Below, one piece after another: positions 1-12,191 of a stretch of DNA of 64,000 nt (within the stretch, counting starts at the first letter, position 1; the number at the start of each line of letters is the position of its first letter). Where the stretch lies: assembly GCA_965240325.2 (NCBI GenBank), contig OZ251239.1, forward strand, positions 1,302,001 through 1,366,000. Reading direction: 5' to 3'. Under the pieces are notes generated by a model. The model was given only the letters and a program-made list of their open reading frames with translations, was not told the DNA's origin and ran no database searches. A program made the translations under genes and the position numbers. Source of the stretch: Rebecca billardiae RCC1528. Lineage: Eukaryota > Protista > Haptophyta.

Positions 1-2
1 CG

Positions 3-79
3 CGGCCGAAGGAGGCGTCGTTCGACGAGGCATGGACGCTCGTCGACCCCGCGCAGCCCTCCTCCCCGCCGCGCCAGTC

Positions 80-112
<33 letters not shown>

Positions 113-2882
113 GGACGCGGACGCGCACAGCCTCGTGCGCTGTCGCATCTGCGAGGTGTTGGTCGATGCCGCGGCGATCCAGTCGCACGCGCAGCTGTGC
201 GTGCTGGTGTGCGCGCACGCGCAGGAGGCGTGCGCGGCGAACGAGCGGCTGCTCGCCGTCGACCGCCGCCTCGCCGCCTCGATCGCGCAGCGCGAGCAGC
301 TGCACGCGCTCGAGCTGCGCGACAGCGCGCCTCCGCTCCGGCCGATTTTCGCGCCGATCGTCTCGCTCGCGTCGCGCGTGCTGTGGCTGCCCTCGGCGCG
401 CGGCGGCGCGGAGCAGCGGCGCGAGGAGCCGCACGCCGCCGCGCCCCGCGCCGCGCCCGCCGCGGACGACGGCGAGCTCGCCCCCGCCTCCTCCTCCTTT
501 GAAACTGGCCGGCTGCTGCGGCTTCGGGAGATCGTGGCGGCCGCGGTGGGCGATGATGGCTCGGCCGCGGCGGCGGCGGCGGCGCAGGAGGCGCACGTGC
601 TCGCGCTCGCGCAGTCGCGCGCGTCGGACGAGGGCGACGAGGAGTCGGCGGACGGTGCCGCGGACGAGGCGAGCGCGCCAGCCGAGCCCAGCTGGGGCGC
701 GGGCGCGCTCGGCGCGGCCGGCGGCGGCGCGGCCGGCGCGGCGGGTGCGGCCGGCGGCGCGGCGGACGCGGAGGTGCCGGGCGGCGTGCCGCTGCGCGCG
801 CTCGCGGAGGAGGTGGACGGGCTGGTCCGCGCGGCGCGCTCGCAGCTCGGCGCCGCGTGCGTCGAGGCCGTCCTCGGCAGCGCCGTCCTCCGCCTCCTCC
901 GCGCGCGCGCCGAGTCCCTCTGCCGACTGCGAGTGCGCGTCGCGCGCCTGCCGCCGCGCGAGGCGCGCGAGCACGGCGCGCCGGCGGAGGCGGCGCACGC
1001 CGAGTCGGCGTCGGCGGGCGCGCAGGTGCCGTGCATCCGCGACTTTGACGTCGTGCGCGAGCTCGCCGCCGGCGGCTTCGGCCGCGTCTACCTCGCGCGC
1101 AAGCGCGTGACCGGCGACGCCTACGCGATCAAAGTGCTGCCCAAGCCGGCCGGCGGCGGCTTCGACTCGCGCGACGAGGCGGTGCGCCGGCGCGCGCTGG
1201 CGGAGCGCGAGGCGCTGGCGCGCGCGGACCACCCGTGCGTCGTGCGCCTCTTCTACTGCTTCCAGTCCGCGCGCTCGCTCTACCTCGTCATGGAGTTCCT
1301 CCCAGGTGGCGACATGCGCGCGCTGCTCCGCGCCGCGTGCCGATTGGACGAGGCGCGATCTCGGCTGTATCTCGCGGACGCGGTGCTCGGGCTGGAGTAC
1401 TTGCACGAGCAGCTGGGGATCGTGCACCGGGACCTGAAGCCGGAGAACATGCTGCTCGGCGCGGACGGGCACGTCAAGCTCGCCGACTTTGGGCTGGCGT
1501 GGGTGCGCCGCCGCGCGAAGGGCGGCGGCGCGCGCGGCGGCGCGCGCGGCGGCGCGGCGGGCGGCGCGGAGGGCGGCGGCGCGGCCGAGGCTGAGGGGGG
1601 CGCGCCGGCTGCCTACGGCGTGGCGGGCGGGCACGCCGCGCACGCGGCCGCGCCCACCGGCGTGTCGGCCGCGGAGCTCGCCGAGAGCGGCGCGTGTGTG
1701 CCGAGCCCCGCCCTCGCCGCGGAGCACGCGCCCAGCGCGGACGGCGGCGATGACGCGCGCGGCGCGGCGCCTCCCGGCAACATGGCCGCCGCGGCCGCGG
1801 CCGGCGGCGCGGCGGCGCAGCAGCAGGCGGCGGCGGCGGCGGCGGCGGCGCGCGCGGAGGGCGAGGACGAGGGGCGGTGCTTCTCCCTCGTCGGCTCGCT
1901 CCCGTACCTCGCGCCCGAGGTCGTCCTCGGCAGCGGCCACTCCTGCCCGGTCGACTGGTGGGCGGTGGGCGTTTTATTATTCGAATTTGTTTGCGGCTAT
2001 CGGCCATTTGCGGCGCCGCAGCCGGCGGCGGGCGCGGAGCCGCTGGCGCCGGCGGAGGTGGCGCGCGAGACGAAGGAGCGGATCGTCGCGGGGCGGATCA
2101 ACTGGCCCCACGCCGCGCACGACCACCTCACCGAGCCCTGCGTCGCGCTCATCGCCGCCCTCCTCACGCCGGACCCGGCGGCGCGGCTGGGCGCGGCGCG
2201 CGGCGCGGCCGAGCTGCGCGCGCATGCGTTTTTCGCCGATGTTTCGTGGGAGGCGGTGGCTCGGCAGGCGACGTTCATCCCGAGCCAGCCGGACGAGGCG
2301 GCGCGGCGGCGGGGGGGCGAAGGCGGGCGCTCGGACGCGGGCAGCTCGGCGCCCGCGCCGGCGCCCGCGCCGGCTCCGCACAGCGGCGGCGACGTCGGCG
2401 GCGCCGCGCCCGAAGCGGACTCGGCGCGGTGCGCGGCGGCCGCGGCGGCCACCGCCGCCGCCGCGGAGGGGCGCGCGCGCAGCAGCGGCAGCAGCGGCGG
2501 CAGCGTGGCTCGGCTGCCAGCGTCCGCGTCGGTGGGCGCGCGCGCGCGGAGCTCGGGCTCCGCACGGCCCGCCGCCGGCGCCAACGCCGACTCGTGGCGC
2601 GGCGGTGAGCGCGCCGCCGCGCCGCCGCGCGCGCGCGCACTCTGCAGTCTGGCGCAGGACGGCGGCGGGGGCGGCGGCGCGGCCGCGGCGGACGGCGGCG
2701 CCGGCGCGGCTGAGCGCGTCCGCACCGCCTCGCAGCGCTTCGTGTCCTCGCCCGCCGAGCTGGTGGCCGAGCTCTCGCTGCCGGCCGAGCCCGGCAGTGA
2801 GCCGAGCAGCCAGAGCAGCTTCGGCACGCCGGTGGGCTCACCCTGGCACCCGACACTCGGCAGCTTTGGGCGGAGCGGCGGC

Positions 2883-2953
<71 letters not shown>

Positions 2954-4277
2954 GCGCAACGGCGGACGCGGCGGCGGCATTGGCGGCAGCCCTCTCGGCG
3001 CGGCCGCCAGCCCGCGCAGCGCAATGCCCCCGCTCGTCACACCGACCAGCCCCCTTACCCTGCCCCGACGGCTGGACCGCCGTGAGCTGCCGCCGCCGGC
3101 AGCCGGCGCCGCCGGCGCACTTGCCGCCGCGGACGCGGAGGGCGGCGCGGCGGGTGGCGGCGGCAGCGGCGGCAAGCGCGCCCGCTCGGCTCGCGGCCGC
3201 GCGCGCGCGTCAGCCGGAGCGGGGGCGGGCGTGCGCTCCGCGGGCGGGGCGAGCAGCGCGAGTGGCAGCGGCGGCGCCGCGCTTCAACTCTCATCCGCCG
3301 CCGCCGCCGCCAGCCCTCAGCGCCGCCGCCCCTCGCCTGGCGCCGCCGCCGGCGCGCAGCAGGCATTCGCGGCCGCGCGCGGCCTGCCAGAGCGGCGCGC
3401 GCCGCTGTGCGGCTCCGAGCAGCTGCTCGACTTTGACTTTGTGAACTACTCGCGGCTGGCGGAGCTGAGCCAGTGCGAGGGGCTCATCGCCAAGTGCACG
3501 TGCGCGCAGGTGTGTCGCTGGCACGCGCGCTCGCTCTCCGCTGCTGGTTGGGTGTCCGAGGCCGACCTCCACCCGGACCGCCCGGACTTTTCGACGCTGC
3601 GGCTGCGCGTGCCGGCCGGCGGCGGCGGCGGCGGCGCGCTGGACGACGGCGGCGGCTGCGCCACCACCGAGCTGGGCTTCAAGGAGAACCTCGTGCGCTT
3701 CACGCAGCTGCCCGCGCCGCCGGCCGACGGCGCGTCGCCTGAGCAAGTCCACTTTGCTCGGCGGCACGCGGCCGCGCACCGCCCCCGCCCGCACTATGCG
3801 AGTCGCGCGCCGGCCGAGGCGGCGGCGCCCGGCGGCGGCGGCGGCGCGGCCGGCGCGGGCGCGAGTAGCTGGCTGGAGCTGTGGTTCGCCAACGAGTGCC
3901 CCGAGCACTGGGGCACGCTCTCGGCGACCAAGTGGTGGAAGGGCCTCGCCATCCGCTACGAGGAGCGACCGCGGCCGCGCGGCGGCGGGCGCAGTGCCGA
4001 GCGCGGCGGCGGCGCGCGCTCGGCGCCGGCCGCGTGCTGCTACTCGTACGCCGAGCTCGAGCACGACGCACGCGGGCCGTGCCGAGTGGTCGGGCTGTGG
4101 CGGCTGCCGGTGCAGCACGTGCCGCCGGCCGACGCGCCGCTCGAGCAGCAGCCGATGCTGCACCTCTGCCTCGCCAAGGCCAAGGCGTTCGGCATCAAGC
4201 GCGTCGTCTGGCGCGTGGCCATCCCGGTCGCCGACCTGCTCGGCAAGCGCACCTACATCACGTGGGTGGTGGACTGA
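3..4277 (+). CDS. AGC-group Ser/Thr kinase, IRE/Rim15/Greatwall(MASTL)-like; 5'-truncated by the window edge
   Basis: The frame is open from position 3 to the TGA at 4275-4277. It has a CRICE...H...C zinc-finger-like motif at ~138-200, as in plant IRE and fungal Rim15. Kinase motifs present: GGFGRV, YAIK, HRDLKPEN, DFG, a long insert between DFG and GSLPYLAPE, and DWWAVG. A hydrophobic-motif-like FDFVNYSRL lies at ~3432. Confidence 0.9.
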
Positions 4278-5276
4278 AGGCGAGTAGCACTTGATTGGTG
4301 AAGCAGCCTGCTGGACGAGCGCGCCCGATACCGACCGATATGCGCGGAGCCGCCTGGTCGCCTCCGCTCATTGAATCGAGAGACGACATCTTAGACTGGC
4401 TGACTACCCCGGGTACGGTACGTCGGTGGCAGACGCCCGCGAGACGGCGGCGCCCGTGTCCGCGACCGCGGTCACTCTGAGTCTGTCTGACGAGCGCTGA
4501 GCTCTGCATGGCGACGATGCCCAGAGTCGTAGTCGATCTCCGCGTCGGATCTGGCTGCAGTGCCGGCGTCACCGCGGGGCGGGCGTGCGTAACGGCGTGC
4601 CGCCGCGCGGCCGGCCTGCCCGGCCCGTGCCGCTGCTCGGCCGATTCCAGCTGCCCGCCGCAGTCCGCACTGCCCCCACTGTCAGGAGTCACCGCAGCTA
4701 TTAGAGTACGACACGCAGGTGGCCCTACGACTGGCGACTACTACGGACGGCGGCCTGCTGACGATGATGATATCACGGACGATGATGGGCGACCGAGTCT
4801 GACGAGCCGAGCCCGAGTCTCGTCAGTCTCGCGCCGCCGTGCGGCCATGCCGATGGGCGGCGCCCTCGGCGCGGCGACGACGATGACGCGGATGATCGGA
4901 AGCCTGATGAGACTCTCACGAGTGAGACGCGCGCGCGCACTGGCAGATAAATTAATACTACTGCTGCTACACCGCGGGCCGCCCTGATGCCGATGGCCGG
5001 AGTCACTCACACGACCCCGGACTGACGTCACCGCCATCAGGCTCAGCCCATCATATTGATGATGATCATATCCGCCGTGCTGATGGTATATATATCGAGA
5101 CGAGTCGCGATCGTCCGTGTCAGTGTGATCACGACGCGGCGACGCGCGAAGCCTCTGACTCCGAGTCGGATCCAAGCGCGGCGCGCCATCGCCAAGCTGC
5201 AAGCAGCACTCGCATCATCATTCAGCAGCGCAGCGCGTAGCTAGCAGCCAGCTCTGCCAACGCAGCTGCGCACTAC

Positions 5277-5297
5277 GAGAGAGAGCGAGAGCGAGCC

Positions 5298-5358
<61 letters not shown>
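5277..5358. repeat. (GA)n microsatellite
   Basis: Near-perfect GAGA run read directly. Confidence 0.95.
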
Positions 5359-5362
<4 letters not shown>

Positions 5363-5600
5363 GCGGAGACCGCGGAGAGATTGAATGATACGACTCGCGC
5401 CCGGCGCGCCGCGCCCAGCGCCCGTGTGTCCGGCCGCCCGGAGCCTGGGGCTCGCCGCCGCACAGGAGGATGGGGGCTCTGCAGGATGGGCCGCCGCGAC
5501 CCCTGGGGCCTGCCGGCGGCGCTGGGGCGCGAGGTCCGCTGGCGGCGGGGGCACCCCGCCGGTGCCCCGCGCGCCTGCGGCCCTCGCGACAGCCGCCGGC

Positions 5601-6161
5601 TCAGAGCATGGCCGCCGGGGAGGCGGGCAGCTGGGCGGCGCGGCGTGCGCGCGAGCGCGCCGCGACGAAGGCGGAGACGAGGATGAAGGCGGCGACGGCG
5701 GTCACGCCCGCGCGCGCGCGGTCCTGCATCAGCGCCTCCATCGCCTTCGCCTCCCCGTACGCCTGCAGCTCAGACGCGGGCGGGTAACAGAAGTCCCAGC
5801 GCGCGCTCGGGTCGTCTGTGTGCTTCGAGGCGCCGCCGCGGATCTGCCAGCCGCAGTGGCCGCCGGTGGGCTGCTCGACGAGGCACCAGGGCCGCTTCCA
5901 CGCGGGGTGGTGCGGGTCGCACCCCGCGTACGTCGCGCCGTCGAACGTCCAGACCGACTTGCACGTGCAGTGGTGCACCGTGCTCACGATCGGCGCCGGC
6001 GGCGGAGGCGGCGGCGGCGAGGAGACGACGACGGTCGGCTCGGGCGCGGCCTCGCGCACGACGCGCGAGTCGCGCGAGTTCTGCCGCAGCGCGCGTCCGC
6101 TCGGGTGCGTCGACGGCCCCGCGCCGAGCGCGGCCGCGGCGAGGAGCAGCGCGAGCAGCAT
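5601..6161 (-). CDS. Small type I membrane protein with a Cys/Trp-rich fibronectin-type-II/kringle-like module
   Basis: ATG at 6161 starts a signal peptide (MLLALLLAAAALGA), followed by a Pro-rich linker, CTCKSVWTFDGATYAGC...PWCLV...WDFC, and a C-terminal hydrophobic helix (VTAVAAFILVSAFVAA). 186 aa. Confidence 0.7.
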   Translation of the reverse strand: MLLALLLAAAALGAGPSTHPSGRALRQNSRDSRVVREAAPEPTVVVSSPPPPPPPAPIVSTVHHCTCKSVWTFDGATYAGCDPHHPAWKRPWCLVEQPTGGHCGWQIRGGASKHTDDPSARWDFCYPPASELQAYGEAKAMEALMQDRARAGVTAVAAFILVSAFVAARSRARRAAQLPASPAAML

Positions 6162-6460
6162 GTTGGTCGCCCTTTGCGGCGGGCGGATGCGCGTGACGAC
6201 GCTTGCAGCACTGCAGCCCTGCGCACACTGCAATCAACAGCGTCAGCACTGCACCGCACTGTGAGAAGGCAATGAGCAAAAGCGAACGGGCTGCCGGCGG
6301 CCGCCTCTGCTGCCGCGCGCCCGTTTGAGTTGGAACTCGGCGTCGTCAAGACCGTTCGTCACCTTGATTCGGTGATTCCCGTCTCCCCGGAGTCCCGGAC
6401 AGCCGCCACTGGTCTTCCCAAAGCTGATGACCACAGCGTGAGGTGGCGGGAGCCGGGGCG

Positions 6461-9400
6461 ATGGCCGCGCCGGAGCGCTGCGTGGTGCTCAAGGCCACCG
6501 GCCCGGCGGCGGCGCTGGGCGAGGTGGCCGCGTGCGTGGGCGCGCACGGCGGCGAGATCGTCGCGGCCGTCGCCGCCTCGCGAGGCGTCGCCGTGCGCGC
6601 GCTCTGGCCGCTCGACGACGCTGGCTGCGCGCGCGCCGTCGCCGCGGCGGCCGCGCTGCGCGCGCGGCTGCCCGCCTCGCCGCTGCCGCTGGTCTGCGCG
6701 GGCAGCGTGCGCATCGAGCGCCTCACGCCGCGCGCCGCGGGTGCAGACGACGCCGACGCGGACGCGGTCCCCACCTCGCCGGCCTTCGACGTCCTCGACG
6801 CGCTCGGCCGGCGCGCCGAGCAGCCGAGCGAGGCCGGCGGCGCGGGCGCGCGGCCGGGCGGCGTGTGGCTCGTGGGGCACGAGCTCGCGGCGTGGAGCGC
6901 GCGCCGGGAGGCGCTGGCGCGAGTGACCACGCGCGTCGAGTGCAGCGTGCCCGACGTGCACGCGCTCGAGCTCGACGCCGCCACGCCGCTCGCGCTCGCT
7001 GCTCGCTCAGAGCTGCATGCGGCGGCCGCGGCGGCCGCGGCGGCTGCGCCAAGCGCGCGCGTGGCGGCGGCTCCACCGAGCTTGGCCCGCGCGCCGTCGG
7101 CCGCCGTGCAGCACATCATCGTGCTCCTCCCGCCCGGCGGCGGCTGGCCCGCCGCAGACGCCGCCCTCTGCGCCGTGCGCGGCGCGGTGGCTCCGTACCG
7201 TGGCAGGCTTGCGGCCGCGCACGCCGACGGCTCCCTCGGGCGCGTCGAGGCGGCGGTGGCGTTCGACGGCACGGCGTCGGGCGCGTGGGCGTTCGTCGCG
7301 CTCAAGGCCGCGCTCGCGCTCTGCGACCGGCTCGCGCCGCTCCCGCGCGCCCACGCCGCCGCGTCCGCCGCCGCGGGCCCCGATCCCGTGGCGGCGAGAT
7401 CGCGATCTGAGGCCAATCCGGTGGCGGCGCGGGGCGCGGCGGCGCGCAGCTCGCCGCCGCCCGCGGTGCGCGCGCTCGCCGTCGCCGTCGCGAGCGGCGC
7501 GGTGCTCAGTGGCACGCTGTCCGGCGGCGCGCGCGTGCCCCGAGTCCGGCTGCTGGACGGCGCGGCGGCGCGGTGCGCGCGCACGCTCGCAGTGCGTGCG
7601 GCCGAGCGGCTGCAGAGCGACGGCGGCGGCGGCGCGGCGTGCGGCGTGCTCGTGCTGTGCGACGAGCGCACGCACGCGCACGCGCGCGCGCACTTCGCCT
7701 TCTCGCCCTCGCCGCCCGAGCTGCTCCCGCTGCCGGCCGATGCGGACGCGGCGGAGGCGGGCGCGGGCGCGGCGCCGGCCGGCGGCGCGGCGGCGCTCGA
7801 CGCTGCGCACGGTGTGCGCCCGGTGCAGCTGCAGGCGTTCGAGCTCGCGCTCGGCCCGGAGCGCCCGCGCTCCGCCGCGACCAGCGTGGCCGGCGCCAAC
7901 GCCGCCATGGCCGCGGTCGAGCAGCAGCCAGCCTCGCCCGCGCGCCAGCCGGCGGGCGCGGCGCACCCGCCAGATGCAATCTCGGGCGCGGCGCACGCGC
8001 CAGATGCAATCTCGGGCGCGTGTTCGCACCCGCCGCCGCCAGGTGCGAGCTCGGCCGCGCTCCCGCGGCCAGAGGCAGCCCCGCGGGAGCCTGCGCCAGG
8101 CGCGGTCTCGCTCGAGCCGGCGCGCGCCGCGGCCTCGGCAGCCACCGCGCCGAGGGCCGCGGCGGCAGTCGTCGCGTCGGGGCGTCCGCCGGCAACTGGC
8201 GGCAGCGGCGCTGAGCGCTCGCCGCTCGCGCCGCGCGCGCCGACGCAGCTGCCGCCGGCGGCGGCGGTCGCGCGCGCCGCCAGCGACACCGCCGCCGTGA
8301 GCGCCGCCGCGGCCGAGAGCAAGGCGCGCGCCGCGCCGCCGCGCTCAGCGCCGCCGCCGCCGGCGTTGGCGGTCGCGGCTCGCGGGGTCGACGCAGGCGC
8401 CACCGCGCTCGCGCCCGCCGCGCCCGTGCCCTCCTCCGGCGCGCCGCCCGCCGGCTCGGGCGCCGCGGCTGGCGCGGGCGGATGCGCGCAGCGGCCGCCC
8501 GCGTGCGCACACCCGGCGCCGAGCACGCCGCCTCCGCCCTCCTCCTCGCGCGCCGAGCGAGCGAGCTCGCCGCACCGCGCGGCCGCTGCCGAGCAGGCGC
8601 CCTCGCCGCAGCCCGTCTCATCGGCGGAGATCGAGCGGTTCCTGCGCCTGCTGCACGGCCGCTCGCCGCGGCCGTCCGCCGCTGCGGTCGCGCGCGCGCT
8701 GGGCGTCGCCGGCGCGGAGGCGGCGCGTGGCGGGGAGGGCGCGGGAGACGCGGAGGGAGCGCCGCCGAGTCCCCTGCGCGGCGCGGGGGCGCTCGACGGC
8801 GGCGGCGGCGGCGTCGGGCTGTGCGCGCGCGCGCGCGGCGCCGAGGGCGCGGCACCAAGCGCCTTCCTGGCGCGCGCGGCCGAGGGCAGCAGCGGCGGTG
8901 CTGCCGCCGCCGCGGCGGCGCCGCCCGACGGCCGAGCCACGAGCTCGGGCGCCGACACGGCCGCGTGCGCGTGCGTGGGCGCGCACGCGGCCGTGGCCGC
9001 GGCGCGCTCGGCGGTCGAGGCGGCGATGCGGCAGCACTCGCCGCTCGGCGCGGGGGCGCGCCCGCCGCCGCGCGCGTGGAGCCACCCCGCCGCGCTCGCC
9101 GCGCACGGCAGCCAGGCGTGCGCCGCCCCCTCCGACGCCGATCCCGCCGCGGCGGCGACGGCGGTCCGCGCGTACGGAGCGGACCATCTGCCCAGCCCGC
9201 TGCGAGATGCAATCTCGGAGCGAGGCGGTGCGATCTCCTCGCCACTCTCCCCGCGGGGAGATGCAATCTCGCGAGGGCCAGCGTGCAGCCCGCTGGGCGG
9301 TGCGCCCGGGGCCGCGCGTACCGCCGCCGCGACCGCGTGCGCTCAGCCGGGGCAGCCGCCGCCGCCGAGCGCCGTGCCGCCGCCGCCGAGCGCAGTGCCG

Positions 9401-11469
9401 CCTCCGCTGTGCGCGCACTCGCCGCCGCGCGCGCACTCGGCGTCCGCACTGCTGTGTAGCTGCCCCGGCCGGGGACTGATCCCGCCGACGCTGCTCGCGG
9501 CCGCGGCGGCGGATGGCGGCGCGCGACTGTCGGTCGGGAGTGCCTTCGGCGCTGGGCACGCGGCGGCGCCCACGCCCAGCGCGCGGGGCGCGAGCGCGGT
9601 GGGTGGCCCCGAGATCGGCGGCGCAGCCGCGTGGAGCGCTCCGCCGCACGCGCCGACAGCCCTGGCCTCCGCGGACGGCGGAGCGGCGTCGGCGGCCACG
9701 GCTGCGCAGCGCAGCGCCGTGCCCGCGGCGCAGCTCGGCGCCGCCGCCGCCGCGCCCGCCGCGCAGCGCCCACCGCCCACTCGGCACAAGCGCGCAAGCG
9801 CACACGCGTCGACACAAGTCGAGCCCTCCGCCTTGGCGGCGTCGGAGCAGCGGACGAGCGGAGCGGCGCCTGCCGCGGCAGTGCCGCCGCCGCCGTCGGC
9901 CGCGGCGCCGGCCGCGGCGGCGGCGGCGTCGACGACCGTCGCGCCCGCGGCAGGCATGCCAGCCGCGGCGGCGTGTGCGAGCGCCGCCGCCCCACCGGCG
10001 GCGGCCGTCTCCGCGGGCGCGTCGGCGGAGTCTCTCTCGGCTGTGCAGGAAGCATTCGCGAGGCGCCGACAGAGACTGCTGCACGGCGGCGGCGCGGGCG
10101 CGGGCGGCGGCGGCGGCGAGGACGAGGCGGGCGCGCCGGCTGACGGCGGCGCGGCCAACGGTGGCGCGGACGCCGGCGCCGATCCGCGGGCGGGCGGCGA
10201 GGGCGGCGAGGGCGGCGGGCGCCACGCCAACGGCGGCGGCGGCGCGCGGCCGCGGCGCTCGACGATGGCAGAGGCTGCGGCGAGCGCCGCGCGCGCCGCC
10301 GGCGCCGGCGGCCCGCCCGAGCTCGTCGCGGCTCTGCGCACGCTTGAAGCGTACGATGCTGAGCTGCGCGCGCGCGAGGGCAAGCTGGCCGCCCTCTTCG
10401 AGTCCTCGCTCGCCGAGCTCGACGGCCGACTCGCGACTAAGCGACAGGAGCTCGCGGCAGCGCAGCGCGCGCTCGGCACTGTGCAAGCGACAGTGAGCGA
10501 GAGAGAGGCGGCGGTGTCGAAGCGCGAGGCGCTGGTCGCCGCGCTGCTCACGGGCGCGCCGCCGTCGGACGCGCCGGCGCAGATGCGCGTGCCCATGTTT
10601 GATGACGCGCTCAGCGCCTTCCGGGCCGCGCTCGGCGCGAGGGGCGGTCCGCACGGCGCGCCGGGGCACGCGGCCGGCGGCCGGCCGGCCGGCGCGGACG
10701 CGGGCGCGGGCGCGGCCGGCGCGCAGGGGGGGGTGCCGGCCGCGCCGCCGCCGCCGCCTGGCAGCACGGCTGCTTTGGCCGACGGCAGCGCCGCCGGCGC
10801 CGCCGCCGCGTCGGCGTCTGCGCCCTCAGCGCGCGGTGGCACCGCCCTCGTCCCAGCGGGCGGCGGCGGCGGCGCGGGCGGCGGCGGCGGCGCGGGCGGC
10901 GGCGACAGCGCGGGCGGCGGCGGCGGCGCAGCGGGCGGCGGCTTGGGCCCTGCTGAGCCGTCGCTTCCTGAGCTGCTCACGCGCGTGCTGGGGGAGCTGG
11001 AGCGACTGCCCGCCACGCACGGCGGGGGGGGCGGCGGGGGCGGCGTGCACGGCAGCGGCGGCGCACTGCGCAGGCGAAGGCACGGCTCCGGCGGCGGCGG
11101 CGGCGAGGCCGGTGGTCGCGGCGGCGGTGGCAGTGGCGGCGCCGGCGCCGGCGGCGAGGACGACGCGCCTGCGCGCGCCGATGCGGACGGCGGCTCGGAC
11201 TCGGACGACGCGGCGGCCCCGCGCGCCGCGGCCCGCGGCACGCCCACCGGCCGTCGGCCCGCGGCCGCCGACTCGGCCGTCGGGCGCGCCCTGTACGAAG
11301 ACCTACAGACCCTGCAGCGATATGTGCGCATTGTGCACGCGGGCGAGCGGCTGCCCACGCACCCGACGGCCGCGGCGGCGGGTGCGGGCGGCGGCGGCGG
11401 TGGTGGCGGTGGTGCCGGCGGGGCGGCGGGCCAGGCGGCGGGCGCGAAGCCCAAGGCGCCGCCGCCGCC

Positions 11470-11500
<31 letters not shown>

Positions 11501-11551
11501 CCGCCACCGCCGCCGCCACCGCCGCCGGGCGCCAAGCCGCGCCCCCCCGGC

Positions 11552-11583
<32 letters not shown>

Positions 11584-12159
11584 CGGGGGCGCTCGGAAGG
11601 GGGCGCCCGCCCCGCCGAAGCAAAGGCTCCCCGCGGTCCCTCTGCGCGCGCTGCACTGGCGCAAGCTGCCGCCGCAGCGGCTCGCCAAGTCGGTCTGGGC
11701 CGAGCTGGGCAGCGCCGTGCGCGACGCTCGCGCGACAGATGCGCTCGCTTCTTCTCTTGAGAGCCTCTTTGCGGCGCCGCCCGAGCGCGCAAAGCAAGGC
11801 GGCGGCGGCGGCGGCGGCGGTAGTGGCGCCGCCGCGCGGGGCGCCGCCGCGCGGGACGGCGCCGAGGCTGGCGCCGCCGGCGCGCGCGCGGCCAACCCGC
11901 GCGCGCGCGGCCGCGGCCGCTCCGGCCCCGCGTGCGCCGCGCAGCGCCTCACCACGCTGCAGCGCGGCACCTCCATCGGCGTTTTCCTGCGCACGCTCAA
12001 GCGCACGCGCGGCCTCGACCGGCGCGCGCTGCGGTGCGCGCTCGTCGGCGCGGACGTATCCGTGCTGGACGCTGAGACGCTGGAGACGCTCGTCCCGCTG
12101 CTGCCCTCGGAGGCTGAGCTGAGCGAATGCGCCAAGCACCTCGCGAGCGTGCGCCGCGC

Positions 12160-12191
<32 letters not shown>

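Noticed and set aside
4280-5270. Short ORFs between the kinase and the (GA)n tract
   Set aside because: No coding bias or motifs. It looks like convergent 3' intergenic sequence.
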